64,000 nucleotides of DNA from Salmo salar (GCF_905237065.1 NC_059444.1:52006644-52070643), one strand, 5' to 3'; numbered from the stretch's first letter, positions 38,890-52,110 are shown. Notes: generated by a model from the sequence alone, not told the origin. Numbers and translations: made by a program.

Positions 38890-41830
38890 TGAAACAGTTC
38901 TCTAAAGACACAGGAGACAATAATACAAGAAACAACACTTCTGTAGCTTGTCAACTATGTGTCTGTCTATCCCTGTTCTCTCCTCTCTGCACAGGCCATA
39001 CAAACGCTTCACACCGCGTGGCCGCTGCCACTCTAACCTGGTGGTCCCAGCGCACACGACCCACGTGGAGTTCCAGGTCTCCGGCAGCCTCTGAAACTGC
39101 CGGTCTGCAGCCAACAAGGCTGAGTTCATCTCAGCCTATGCTACCCTCCAGTCCCTAGACTTCCTGGCGCTGACGGAAACATGGATTACCACAGATAACA
39201 CTGCTACTCCTACTGCTCTCTCTTCGTCTGCCCACGTGTTCTCGCATACCCCTAGAGCATCGAGCCAGCGGGGTGGTGGCACTGGAATCCTCATCTCTCC
39301 CAAGTGGACATTCTCTCTTTCTCCCCTGACCCATCTGTCTATCTCCTCATTTGAATTCCATGCTGTCACAGTTACCAGCCCTTTCAAGCTTAACATCCTT
39401 ATCATTTATCGCCCTCCAGGTTCCCTTGGAGAGTTCATCAATGAGCTTGACGCCTTGATAAGTTCCTTTCCTGAGGATGGCTCACCTCTCACAGTTCTGG
39501 GTGACTTTAACCTCCCCACGTCTACCTTTGACTCATTCCTCTCTGCCTCCTTCTTTCCACTCCTCTCCTCTTTTGACCTCACCCTCTCACCTTCCCCCCC
39601 TACTCACAAGGCAGGCAATACGCTTGACCTCATCTTTACTAGATGCTGTTCTTCCACTTATCTCATTGCAACTCCCCTCCAAATCTCCGACCACTACCTT
39701 GTATCCTTTTCCCTCTTGCTCTCATCCAACACTTCTCACTCTGCCCCTACTCGGATGGTATTGCGCCGTCCCAACCTTCGCTCTCTCTCTCCCGCTACTC
39801 TCTCCTCTTCCATCCTATCATCTCTTCCCTCTGCTCAAACCTTCTCCAACCTATCTCCTGATTCTGCCTCCTGAACCCTCCTCTCCTCCCTTTCTCCTCC
39901 AAGCATCTGCCTCTAACCCTAGGAAGCTCTTTGCTACCTTCTCCTCCCTCCTGAATCCTCCTCCCCCTCCCCCCCCCTCCTCCCTCTCTGCGGATGACTT
40001 CGTCAACCATTTTGAAAAGAAGGTTGACGATATCCGATCCTCGTTTGCTAAGTCAAACGACACCGCTGGTCCTGCTCACACTGCCCTACCCTGTGCTTTG
40101 ACCTCTTTCTCCCCTCTCTCTCCAGATGAAATCTCGCGTCTTGTGACGGCCGGCCGCCCAACAACCTGCCCACTTGACCCTATCCCCTCCTCTCTTCTCC
40201 AGACCATTTCCGGAGACCTTCTCCCCTTCCTCACCTCGCTCATCAACTCATCCTTGACCGCTGGCTATGTCCCTTCCGTCTTCAAGAGAGCGAGAGTTGC
40301 ACCCCTTCTGAAAAAACCTACACTCGATCCCTCCGATGTCAACAACTACAGACCAGTATCCCTTCTTTCTTTTCTCTCCAAAACTCTTGAACGTGCCGTC
40401 CTTGGCCAGCTCTCCTGCTATCTCTCTCAGAATTACCTTCTTGATCCTAATCAGTCAGGTTTCAAGACTGGGCATTCAACTGAGACTGCTCTTCTCTGTG
40501 TCACGGAGGCTCTCTGCACTGCTAAAGCTAACTCTCTCTCCTCTGCTCTCATCCTTCTAGACCTATCTGCTGCCTTTGATACTGTGAACCATCAGATCCT
40601 CCTCTCCACCCTCTCCGAGTTGGGCATCTCCGGCGTGGCCCACGCTTGGATTGCGTCCTACCTGACAGGTCGCTCCTACCAGGTGGCGTGGCGAGAATCT
40701 GTCTCCGCACCATGCGCTCTCACCACTGGTGTCCCCCAGGGCTCTGTTCTAGGCCCTCTCCTATTCTCGCTATACACCAAGTCACTTGGCTCTGTCATAT
40801 CCTCACATGGGCTCTCCTATCATTGCTATGCAGACGACACACAATTAATCTTCTCCTTTCCCCCTTCTGATAACCAGGCGGCGAATCACATCTCTGCATG
40901 TCTGTCAGACATATCAGTGAGGATGACGGATCACCAGCTCAAGCTGAACCTCGGCAAGACGGAGCTGCTCTTCCTCCCGGGGAAGGACTGCCCGTTCCAT
41001 GATCTCGCCATCACGGTTGACAACTCCCTTGTGTCCTCCTCCCAGAGTGCTAAGAACCTTGGCGTGATCCTGGACAACACCCTGTCGTTCTCCACTAACA
41101 TCAAGGCGGTGACCCGATCCTGTAGGTTCATGCTCTACAACATTCGCAGAGTACGACCCTGCCTCACACAGGAAGCGGCGCAGGTCCTAATCCAGGCACT
41201 TGTCATCTCCCGTCTGGATTACTCCAACTCGCTGTTGGCTGGGCTCCCTGCCTGTGCCATTAAACCCCTACAACTCATCCAGAACGCCGCAGCCCGTCTG
41301 GTGTTCAACCTTCCCAAGTTCTCTCACGTCACCCCGCTCCTCCGCTCTCTCCACTGGCTTCCAGTTGAAACTCGCATCCGCTACAAGACCATGGTGATTG
41401 CCTACGGAGCTGTGAAGGGAACGGCACCTCCATACCTTCAGGCTCTGATCAGGCCCTACACCCAAACAAGGGCACTGCGTTCATCCACCACTGGCCTGCT
41501 GGCCCCCCTACCTCTGAGGAAGCACAGTTCCCGCTCAGCCCAGTCAAAACTGTTCGCTGCTCTGGCACCCCAATGGTGGAACAAGCTCCCTCACGACGCC
41601 AGGACAGCGGAGTCAATCACCACCTTCCGGAGACACCTGAAACCCCACCTCTTTAAGGAATACCTAGGATAGGATAAAGTAATCCTTCTAACCCCCCCCT
41701 TAAAAGATTTAGATGCACTATTGTAAAGTGGTTGTTCCACTGGATATCATAAGGTGAATGCACCATTTTGTAAGTCGCTCTGGATAAGAGCGTCTGCTAA
41801 ATGACTTAAATGTAATGTAATGTAATGAGT
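38890..41830 (+). mobile_element. L2/RSg-1-like LINE, copy B (5'-truncated; 731-aa RT ORF intact; about 220 bp shorter than copy A)
   Basis: Plus-strand ORFs 39236..39874 (endonuclease part) and 39477..41672 (RT through to the C-terminus ...HLFKEYLG), with the same 3' tail as copy A. Antisense within a maz intron. Confidence 0.85.
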
Positions 41831-42130
41831 AGTGTTTTTCACAAAATTCAAAATAGCGTAAAATCCATCATGACGGACCTTATGCGTCCCTGAGTAAAAT
41901 GTGTTCCTTGTGAGCCGGGACCTATGTACCGAATGTAATGACTTTAGGTCAAACGGGTTGAGGGGCATGACCTTTCAAAGTTAGCATTTTAATCGCTTGT
42001 TATAGCGCCACCATCTGGCCAATCATTGCAATTTTGTAAACAGCTGATCTTTATGGCGAGACCCATCTGAGATATCGCAAGTGACTTATTAACTGTGACA
42101 AATGGATCGAGACAGATTCATTGCGGGGGG
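41826..42130. repeat. Unclassified interspersed repeat (second copy at 59522-59850)
   Basis: The two stretches align at about 80% identity over roughly 300 bp (...ttttcacaaaat(t/c)caaaat(a/g)gcg(t/g)aaaatccatc(a/t)tgacgga...gcttgttatagcgccaccatctggccaat...). Confidence 0.6.
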
Positions 42131-42201
42131 TCAATAATACACACAGAGAGTAGAAAAAGAGAGTGAAAGAGTTAAAAGTGAGTTAGAAAGAAGAGGATTA
42201 C

Positions 42202-42265
42202 CGGGCACTTGAAGGGTCTCTCAGTGGAGTGCACCTGTCTGACGTGACTGTTGAGGTGGTCGGGT
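42202..42265 (-). CDS. maz: MAZ-like exon
   Basis: Acceptor tgttccAG|ACCC and donor CCG|GTAATC. Encodes (R)PDHLNSHVRQVHSTERPFKCP, matching MAZ RPDHLNSHVRQVHSTERPFKC. Confidence 0.8.
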
Positions 42266-42427
42266 CTGGAACAGACAGGAGAAAGGATTAAGACCCCACG
42301 TGTGTCTTATCTGTGTCTTATCGGTAATTTCTCGTCGATAGATCTACCCTTGCACAACAGACGTCAGTTAGAACTGAATTCTATTAGAACTCCAGACTAA
42401 TTTCACAAATGTGTGCATGTACATATA

Positions 42428-43905
42428 CAGTACCAGTCAAAAGTTTGAACACATCTACTCATTCAAGGGTTTTTCTTTATTTTTACTATTTTCTACATTG
42501 TAGAATAATAGTGAAGACATCAAAACTATGAAATAACACATATGGAACCATGTAGTAAGCAAAAAAGTGTTAAACAAATCGAAATATATTTTATATGAGA
42601 TTCTTCAAAGTAGCCACCCTTTGCCTTGATGACAGCTTTGCACACTCTTGGTATTCTCTCAACCAGCTTCACCTGGAATGCTTTTCCAACAGTCTTGAAG
42701 GAGTTCCCACATATGCTGAGCATTTGCTGGCTGCTTTTCCTTCACTCTGCGGTCCAACTCATCCCAAACCATTTCAATTGGGTTGAGGTCAGGTGATTGT
42801 GGAGGCCAGGTCATCTGATGCAGCACTCCATCTTGGTCAAATAGCCCTTACACATCCTGGAGGTGTGTTTTGGGTCATGGTTCTGTTAAGAAACAAATTA
42901 TAGTCCCACTAAGCGCAAAACAGATGGGATGGCGTATCGCTGCAGAATGCTGTGGTAGCCATGCTGTTAAGTGTGCCTTGAATTCTAAATAAATCACAGA
43001 CAGTGTCACCAGCAAAGCACCCCCACACCATCTCCTCCATGCTTTACGGTGGGAACCACACATGCGGAGATCATTCGTTCACCTACTCTGCATCTCACAA
43101 AGACACGGCGGTTGGAAACAAAATCTCATCAGACCAAATTACCGATTTCCACCAGTCTAATGTCCATTGCTAGCAAGTCTCTTCTTCTTATTGGTCTCTT
43201 TTAGTAGTGCTTTCTTTGCATCAATTCGACCATGAAGGCCTGATTCACGCAGTCTCCTCTGAACAGTTGATGTTGAGATGTGTCTGTTACTTGAACTCTG
43301 TGAAGCATTTATTTGGGCTGCAATTTCTGACGCTGGTAACCCTAATGAACTCATTCTCTGCAGCAGAGGTAACTCTGGGTCTTCCTTTCCTGTGGCTGTC
43401 CTCATGAGAGCCAGTTTATCATAGCGCTTGATGGTTTTTGCAACTGCACTTGAAATGTTCAAAGTTCTTGACATTTTCCGGATTGACCTGTCTTAAAGTA
43501 ATGACGGACTGTTGTTTCTTGCCATAATATGGACTTGGTATTTTACCAAATAGGGCTATCTTCTGTATACCACCCCTACGTTGTCACAACACAACTGATT
43601 GGCTCAAATTAACTTTTAACAAGGCACACCTGTTAATTGAAATGCATTCCAGGTGACTACCTCATGTAGCGGTTGAGAGAATGCCAAGTGTGCAAAGCTG
43701 TCAACAAGGCAGAGGGTGGCTACTTTGAAGAATCTCAAATATAAAATATATTTTTATTTGTTTCACACTTTTTTAGTGACTACATGATTCCATATGTGTT
43801 ATTTCATAGTTTTGATGTCTTCACTATTATTCTACAATGTAGAAAATAGAAAAAATAAAGAAAATCCTGGAATGAGTAGGTGTGTCCAAACTTTTAATTG
43901 GTACT
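42428..43905 (-). mobile_element. Tc1-like DNA transposon, near full length, inactivated transposase
   Basis: Terminal inverted repeats cagtaccagtcaaaagtttgaacacatctactcattc (42428-) and gaatgagtaggtgtgtccaaacttttaattggtactg (-43905). Minus ORF 43157..43474 is the helix-turn-helix N-terminus of the transposase, and the C-terminal DDE region lies in 42526-43100, both with frameshifts. Confidence 0.85.
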
Positions 43906-43972
43906 GTTTGTGCATGTGTGTATACTTGTTACACAATTGAACCCCCCACAACCCAGTCATCCCCCTTCTCAC

Positions 43973-44193
43973 CGTGAGAATCCCTTGGCGCAGTGGGGGC
44001 AGACGTAAGGTTTCTCCACCCCTCCTTGGTGTGAGCGTACATGGTAGCTCATGCGGTCTTTCCTCTTGAAGCGCTGCTGGCAGATGGGGCAGTGGTAGGG
44101 CTTTTCGTCCGAGTGGGAAAGCCGGTGGCGGTTCAGGTGGTACACGTCTCGGAAGGCCTTCCCACAGGCCTCACATGCATGGTTCTTCCTCAC
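43973..44193 (-). CDS. maz: MAZ-like exon with C2H2 fingers 2-4
   Basis: Minus ORF 43969..44193 gives VRKNHACEACGKAFRDVYHLNRHRLSHSDEKPYHCPICQQRFKRKDRMSYHVRSHQGGVEKPYVCPHCAKGFSR, near-identical to the MAZ fingers. Acceptor ccaaccAG|GTG and donor CG|GTGAGA. Confidence 0.85.
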
Positions 44194-44406
44194 CTGGTTG
44201 GGGCTAGGGTTGGGGTAGGGTTGAGGCCCCTGGTTCTGGTTCTAGGTTTGATGAGAAGAAAGGGACAGTTGGCTAGTGCTGGCTGTGGGGTACGTATAGC
44301 TACTCTGGCTACATTGCGCAATATAGTAGGCGAGGAGAGAGCGAGAACGGCATAGGGAGCAGCAAATGATTCTTCAATAATTATGAGAAAACAGGCACCA
44401 ACCAAC

Positions 44407-44777
44407 CTGTACCATTGTCCCGGCAACCACAACTGCAGCTTGGAGCACCTGGGGCGCAGCCATGGTGACGGTCGCTGGGGCGATGGACACCGCAACAGGT
44501 TGGCTCTCCTGGTTTCCGAGTGGGGAGGGTTGGGGGAGGGATTCTGCGGGAGGAGGATGAGAGGGCAGAGAGAGGTGGAGGAGGGAGAGAGGGATTGTTT
44601 GCCGCCCCCCTCCTCCTCCTCCCTTGCTCCCGTCCTCCCTCTCTCTGGCTGCTCTGTCCTTCATTTTGATGCCAGTGTGCACCGACTGATGGCGCCGGAG
44701 GTTGTAGTTGTTCTTAAACTGCTTGTTACATGTGGCGCAGATGTGTGTCGGCCGGCCAGGCTTGGAGACGGCCTTCT
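44407..44777 (-). CDS. maz: MAZ-like exon with first C2H2 finger
   Basis: Acceptor ctttAG|AGAAGG and donor CAG|GTTGGT. Encodes (E)KAVSKPGRPTHICATCNKQFKNNYNLRRHQSVHTGIKMK... followed by a low-complexity Gly/Pro linker. Anchored to minus ORF 44374..44682. Confidence 0.7.
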
Positions 44778-45789
44778 CTAAAGGACAGATGGGAAATAAA
44801 GAGAGCGGAAAGAGAGAGAGAGAAAGATAGAGGGGAAAGAGAGGAAAACAAAAGTGTGAGAGAACGTAACTCCTGAAAGGGAACTAAGGGTAGAGTTTGT
44901 GGGTTGGATTCCTACATGGGTCCCACATACTGAATAAGTAAGCTATTGGGTCCCTCTACATTTGTATACTGTAAGTTGTTTAGGATGAAAGTATCTGGTG
45001 AATGACCACCCAGCTAGCACATTTGGTTCTTTGGAAGTTGTGGGAATGTACGTTTTTTATTTCCCATTGGTTCTGGGAATGAAGCCATAAGTTTCTTGAC
45101 CCCTGACCGGTAAAACGCAAAGCTTTCTAAACGTTTTGAGAACAGAAGTGAACATTTTGCCTGTTCTGTGAACGTTAATTTTTACATTGCAGGGAGGTTC
45201 TAAGAACATTTTACTATGGTTTCCTTAAGGTTTTTCTGGAAGGTTTTATTAACGTTCTGAGAAGGGAAATTATTGGTCATTTGATGGTAATTAAATAACG
45301 TTCTGAGAACATGTTTCTGTAAAACTTTTAATGCTAACTTAGTTTGGGTTAACTGTTTTGAAATCCAAACATAGATAGGACACATGGAAGTAAATTTGCT
45401 TAGGCATTAAACATGCAAACACATTTCTTTTTGATTATGGCACAACGTCAGTGAGGTTCAAACCTATGATCTTCTGTTCTCTATCTATAGAATTAGTCCA
45501 CTGTGCCACCAGGATGAACTAGAATGGAATTTTTTTTCAAAATGTTGTCTTTTCAAACAGACCCCATTTCAAAGGAAACAAGCACTCATTAAGATCAGGT
45601 GTGGCCAATTAGTTGGTGCGGCCAACACACTTAATAAGATAGAGGATAGAAAGAGTTTTGTTTATTCTGAGAACGGAATGTATATGGTTTTAAATAACGT
45701 TCTCTGAACGTTACTAAAGTTTTCTTGTGTTTTTTTTATGGAAAGTTTTCTTAATATTCTCGGAAACAATTTGAGAACATGACTTTAAA

Positions 45790-46680
45790 TAGAACCATGA
45801 GGAAACCTGTAGCAAATGTTATGCTGAAGTACTGAAATTGAATAATGTGTCCCTGAAAAAAGGGGGGTCAAAATCAAAAGTAACAGTCAGTATCTGGTGT
45901 GGCCACCCATTGCATTAAGTACTGCAGTGCATCTCCTCCTCATGAACTGCACCAGATTTGCTAGTTCTTGCTGTGAGATGTTACCCCACTTTTCCACCAA
46001 AGCACCTGCAAGTTCCCGGACATTTCTGGGGGGAATGGCCCTAGCCCTCACCCTCCGATCCAACAGGTCCCAGACCTGCTCAATGGGATTGAGATCCGGG
46101 CTCTTCGCTGGCTATGGCAGAACACTGACATTCCTGTCTTGCAGGAAATCACGCACAGAACGAGCAGTATAGCTGGTGGCATTGTCTGCAGGAAGGGTAC
46201 CACATGAGGGAGGAGGATGTCTTCCTTTTAACGCACAGCGTTGAGAATGCCTGCAATGACAACAAACTCATTCCGATGATGCTGTGACACACCACCCCAG
46301 ACCATTACGGACCCTCCACCTCCAAATCGATCCCGCTCCAGAGTACAGGCCTCGGTGTAACGCTCATTCCTTCAACGATAAACGCGAATCCGACCATCAC
46401 CCCTGGTGAGACAAAACCGTGACTCGTCAGTGAAGAGCACTTTTTGCCAGTCCTGTCTGGTCCAGCGACAGTGGGTTTGTGCCCATAGGCGACGTTGTTG
46501 CCGGTGATGTCTGGTGAGGAACTGCCTTACAACAGGCCTACAAGCCCTCAGTGCAGCCTCTCTCAGCCTATTGCGGACAGTCTGAGCACTGATGGAGGGA
46601 TTGTGCATTCCTGGTGTAACTCGGGCAGTTGTTGTTGCCATCCAAGATTAAAGGTATATACTGGGCAACTTTCATAAGGT
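45790..46680 (-). mobile_element. Tc1-like transposon fragment
   Basis: Minus ORF 46372..46641 gives MATTTARVTPGMHNPSISAQTVRNRLREAALRACRPVVRQ...WQKVLFTDESRFCLTRGDGRIRVYR, a Tc1 transposase N-terminus. The downstream DDE region is degenerate. Confidence 0.8.
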
Positions 46681-46789
46681 CTGCATGCCTTATATGGAAT
46701 ACAGTATGACAAAAGGAGTCGGTATTGAAAACATGCCCACGTCAGGGGAGATACCTATTTAGGCAATCCTAGGTGCTGGACTGCTCAGT

Positions 46790-47715
46790 CCTGGCCCTGG
46801 GGGTCAACCGTCCTGTGGGTTGTCACACTGGCCTTGGCATAACACACCCAAAACCAATAATGAATGGGATTCTGGCCTTCTAGGCAGAGTTCCTCTGTCC
46901 AGTGTCTGTGTTCTTTTGCCCATCTTAATCTTTTAAGATATGGCTTTTTCTTTGCAACTCTGCCTAGAAGGCCAGCATACCAGAGTCGCCTCTTCACTGT
47001 TGACGTTGAGACTAGTGTTTTGAAGGGTACTATTTAATGAAGCTAACAGTAAAGGACTTGTGAGGCGTCTGTTTCTCAAACTAGACACTCTAATGTACTT
47101 GTCCTCTTGCTCAGTTGTGCACTGGGGCCTCCCACTCCTCTTTCTATTCTGGTTAGAGACAGTTTGCGCTGTTCTGTGAAGCGACTAGTACACAGCATTG
47201 TACGAGATCTTCAGTTTCTTGGCAATTTCTCACATGGAATAGCCTTCATTTCTCAGAACAAGAATAGACTGACAAGTTTCAGAAGAAAGTTCTTTGTTTC
47301 TAGACATTTTTGAGCCTGTAATCGAACACACAAATGCTGATGCTCCAGATACTCAACTAGTCCAAAGAAGGACAGTTTTATTGCTTCTTTAATCAGAACA
47401 ACAGTTTTCAGCTGTGCTAACATAATTGCAAATGGGTTTTCTAATGATCAATTAGCCTTTTAAAATAATGAACTTGGATTAGCTAACACAACGTGCCATT
47501 GGAACACAGGAGTGATGGTTGCTGATAATGGGCCTCTACGCCTATATAGATATCCATAAAAAAATCTGCCGTTTCCAGCTACAATAGTCATTTACAACAT
47601 TAACACTGTCTACACTGTATTTCTGGTCAATTTGATGTCATTTTAATGGGTAAAACATGTACTTTTATTTCAAAAACAAGGACATTTCTAAGTGACCCCA
47701 AACTTTTGAACGGTA
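46790..47715 (-). mobile_element. Second Tc1-like element (different family), partial
   Basis: Minus ORF 46785..46997 (...RRLWYAGLLGRVAKKKPYLKRLRWAKEHRHWTEE) and the terminal inverted repeat ...caaaagtttggggtcacttagaaatgtcc at 47690-47715. Confidence 0.7.
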
Positions 47716-48187
47716 GTGTGTGGTTCTCAGAACATTATGTGCGTGCTGGGCAGAAACTGTGATGTAGCATTGTTGCACTGCTCTCACCATCACAGATGTA
47801 GACGATTCACTCAGTATTTTTTTATTACATTTCTTTGTCTTTTCATCTCTCTCACAACCTCTCTCTTTAGTCCTCCTCTCTCTCTCCGCCCCTCTCTGTC
47901 TGTCACAAACATATGCAACAGACACAGGGAGTGTGAAAAGGACATTATTTCCTGAGGTAAGAAATCCCATGGTTCAGGGTGGGGCTGAAGAGATATCAGA
48001 TTGTATGTGCTTGTTTTCAGCTTTGATATGTAAAGAGAGGACATCAAGGTGCTTCCGCTGAGTCTGCAGCAGCTGTGACTCCTGACAACAAGTAAAACTC
48101 TCTCTGCCCCTCCACTCCCCTCCTATCCAATAGTTTATTGTGGATTCCATGTGTTTATTGAATTAGAATAATATTGAATAAACATAG

Positions 48188-48330
48188 TGGTCCTCCGTGT
48201 CTCAGTCAGTAGAGCATGACGCTTGCAATGCCAGGATTCGATTTCCGCTGGGACCACGCATACAAAAATGTATGCGTGTCGCTTTGGTTAAAAGTGTCTT
48301 ATAAATGGCATATATTATTATTCTAATATT
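48188..48330 (+). mobile_element. tRNA-derived SINE fragment
   Basis: The tRNA-like segment tagtggtcctccgtgtctcagtcagtagagcatgacgcttgcaatgccaggattcgatttcc... resembles the heads of salmonid SINEs. Confidence 0.6.
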
Positions 48331-48521
48331 ATCATTATAGACTGTAGAATTGATCAATTGAGTAAATTGTACCTGATCCTGGCTGTATCTCAAATGGCAA
48401 CCGCCACCCTATTCCATACACAGTGCACTACTTTTGACCCGAGCCGTATGGCTGCTGGTCAAAAGTGGTGTACTATATAAGGAATAGGGTGCCTTTTGGG
48501 ATATAGAACCTGCATGCTCAC

Positions 48522-48672
48522 CAGGTAAAGGCTCTTCATTCAGGGCGGCTGTGTCCACTGTGGATGGGGGCGGGGCTATGTGCTCTGTAGGGGGGTTCTG
48601 GGCGGAGCCAGTCATGTCCGGAAGCAGCTCTGATTGGAGGGCTGTCTCGGATTGGGTCTGTGAGGGCGGAGT
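48522..48672 (-). CDS. maz: MAZ-like zinc-finger protein, N-terminal coding exon (5' boundary and start codon uncertain)
   Basis: Minus ORF 48409..48690 gives ...PPSTVDTAALNEEPLP, resembling the MAZ stretch STVDTAALKQ that precedes the first finger. Donor CCTG|GTGAGCAT is in phase with the next exon, giving E-KAVSKPG.... Possible internal ATG at 48613-48615, or an acceptor ccccAG|ACT near 48672. Confidence 0.5.
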
Positions 48673-49559
48673 CTGGGGAAATGAGAGCAAGAATTAGCTG
48701 CTGAGGCTTGAAATACACATCATTGGGTGATCATGCCACCTTTGACCCCAGTCAGAACACACACAAGCTCTCACTCTTGCCCTCATAATCAATACTACAA
48801 CAAATCTGTAAGGGGCACAGTTGGCAAATTGTCAGCTTAAGACTTATGTGACATCACAAACATAATAAGCATGTGTATGATCCCAGGATCCCAAGTGCAT
48901 TCACTTCTGCATCCATAGCACTCTAATGAGTGAGACACTAAACACAATTTATATCTTTCTTAGACACACACAAACTTACCTGAAACAGAAAGTTACTCCA
49001 AGAAGAATCCATTTTGAAGCAGGATGATGTCAGATACTTTTAGTCCAAGAGTCAAAACTAGAAATATATATCCGCCTGAGACTTAGGGGCCAACCAACCA
49101 TAGGCTGGGGCCAACTGATGAATCACTCCGCCTGCTATAATGTCTGCAGTCTACCTAGTTCCTCTCTGCAGTTTCAAATATCAAAGGTGAATATCTCCGG
49201 GGGAAAGTTTAAATCGCGGTGCATTCAATAGCATAAATTATTATTGAAGATGAATGATCAATTTTGAAAGGCTGTCAGCTATATGACAATATATGACAGT
49301 AATGATAATGTTCAACTAAAATGTTATATGGTGTGGGACGAAAGGATGCAACATGATATTATAACTAAAATGCGACAAAATGGTTGATGCATGCTTTTAA
49401 TGATGCATTTACAATGCAATTTACATTGTATATTTATATTATAGCCTAAGATTAAATCCTATTCTCAAATCCATGCAAAATTTGGTTATTACAAATAACG
49501 AAAAATGTATAAAAAGTAATAATAATAAGTCCGCAGTTGTTTGTAAATACGTGGACGAA

Positions 49560-49960
49560 GAGTTATTTATTTCGATAGCTCCGAGAGGCCAAAGCGGTGG
49601 TGAATTCCAAAGCCTCGGTGTTGCGTAAAATCGTGTCCCTAACTAGAGAGTCCCCGATCGGCCGCAATCCAAAGCTTCGCCTCGGCTTTTCAAACGAGAG
49701 GACGACATCTTTCTTTTTTTTTTTCTATTTCTCTCTCCCTCCCACCCTCGCTGTCTTTCTTCCTTTTATTTTTTTAAATCTCTTCTCCTCTCCCCTCTCT
49801 ATCTATCCCCCGCCGCCGTGTCCCCTGTTTAAAGGGAACGTATTTAGTGTAGCTTATGCACCCTCCTCTCTGTTCCCGTCTCCTCCGTGGCGTGCGCTGT
49901 TTTCAATAGACCTGTGCATCCGTCTTCTTGCCCCCGCGAGTTCGGCCGACATAAATACAT
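49560..49960. promoter_or_regulatory. CpG island with GA/CT-rich tract, likely the maz promoter and 5' UTR
   Basis: CpG-rich (ccgatcggccgc, cccgccgccgtgtcccc, cccccgcgagttcggccgac) next to a long polypyrimidine/polypurine run. Lies about 1 kb 5' of the first recognised MAZ-like coding exon on the gene strand. Confidence 0.45.
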
Positions 49961-50809
49961 ATTTTATCAACAGCTAGTAATGCAATAGAATTGCGTAAGA
50001 TTGCCCAACTCCAAACTTACATATCACAACAACCTTATAGTGAGATAATATTGAGAATACCCAACTGTGTGACATCAATAGAAATGTATTAAGGCAATAA
50101 AACAAGATCACACGCATCTTAAAGGTAAATATACATGCTTCAGGTGCAACAGCTTCATAGTAATAGGAATATACATCAAAATGACAAAAATGTTTTTGTT
50201 TTCAATAGATCGTTAAGGCTAGAAGTGAGGTAGGCTAATGCTCCAGAGATACTGGACTTCTTACTCATATCTGCATCTCTGGCCGTAAAATAATGCTGCT
50301 GCAAATTTGACTGTTGTAGGAGAGTTACAATGGTTATTCCATCAAACTTCAAATTACTGGAACAGTACACAAGCAGAACAGAACATCTAGGTTAATGGTC
50401 AGTGGCCCAAGCCCCGTTTAGACAGGATGGGGAATCAGATTGCTATTATCTCCAGGAACTTAACTTTTGGTTTATATTTTCATTTGTTGCACTACTGGTA
50501 GTGCCAATTGATGTTTAGGAGGCAGCTACAGTAGCTGGAAGATACCTTCTTCTGTTTTTAGTTCATTTAATGTATTTTATTTAATCTGGGTGCTTACATC
50601 ACCTGCTAGCACCCTGGTACTATTCGTAGCCCCCTTTCTTCTCAGTCCTTGAAAACACTGAGCAAGAAAGAACAACTTGTGCATTGAAGACTGATGTGTT
50701 CCTGTCCTGTCTTTTCATAATATCATTGCAGAGCTACATAAAAGCCCTAAAAGACAGCCTTGATGTCACTCTTCATTTCTTGGTGGTTCTGTGATAAATA
50801 CACTGAGTG

Positions 50810-52110
50810 TACAAAACATTATGAACAATGTTCTTTCCATGACATAGACTGACCAGGTGAATCTAGGTGAAAGCTATGATCCCTTATTGATGTCACTTGT
50901 TAAATCCAGTTCAATCAGTGTAGAGGAAGGGGAGGAGACAGGTTATAGAAGGATTTTTAAGCCTTGAGACAATTGAGACATGGATTGTGTATGTGTGCCA
51001 TTTAGATGGTGAATAATGGGCAAGACAAAATATTTAAGTTCCTATGAACGGGGTATGGTAGTAGGTGCCAGGTGCACCGATTTGTGTCAAAACCTGCAAC
51101 ACTTCTAGGTTTTTCCACACTCAACAGTTTCCAGTGTGCATCAAGAATGCAAGAATGGTCCACAATCCAAGGGACATCCAGCCAACTTGACACAACTGTG
51201 GGAAACATTGGAGTCAACATGGACCAGCATCCCTGTGGAATGCTTTCGTCACTTGGGGGTTGCTGTGCGAAGTTGCTGGAATTAGAACACGCTGTCATAC
51301 ACGTCGACTCAGAGCATCCCAAACATGCTCAATTGATAACATGTCTGGTGAGTATGCAGGCCATGAAAGTACTGTGACGATTTCAGATTCCAGGAATTGT
51401 GTACAGATCCTTGAAACATGGAGCCGTGCATTATCATACTGAAACATGAGGTGATGGCGGTGAATGAATGGCACGACAATGTGTCTCATGATCGCGTCAC
51501 GGTATCTCTGTGCAGTCAAATTGCAATTGCGTTATTTTTCCATAGTTTATACCTGTCCATACCATAACCCCACCACCACCATCTGTTCACAACGATGACG
51601 TCAGCAAACCGCTTGCCCACACAACGCCATACATGTGTTCTGCGGTTGTGAGGCCGGTTGGACGTACTGCCAAATTCTCTAAAACAACGTTGGAGGCGGC
51701 TTATCGTAGAGAAATTAACATGACATTTCTCTGGCAACAGCTCTGGTGTACATTCCTGCAGTCGGCATGCCAATTGCACACTCCCTCAAAATTTGAGACA
51801 TCTGTGGTATTATGTGTGACAAAACTGCACATTTTAGAGCCTTTTACTGTACCCAGCACAAGGTGCACCTGTGTAATGATCATGCTGTTTAACCAGATTC
51901 TTGATATGCCACACCTGTCAGGTGGATGGATTATCTTGGCAAAAGGGAAAACACGCACAAACAGGGATGTAAAAAAATGTGCACACAAAATTCGAGAGAA
52001 ATAAGCCTTTTGTGCATATGGAACATTTCTGGGATATTTTATTTCAGCTCATGAAACATGGGACCAATACTTTACATGTTGTGATTATATTTTTGTTCAG
52101 TGTACATCTT
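50810..52110. mobile_element. Composite: Tc1-derived repeat (50810-51220, plus strand) fused to a Tc1-like family-B element (51220-52110, minus strand)
   Basis: The first part matches the 2130-2700 repeat. Minus ORFs 51295..51519 and 51516..51779 are Tc1 transposase. It ends with the terminal sequence ...cacaacatgtaaagtattggtcccatgtttcatgagctgaaataaaat. Confidence 0.7.
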
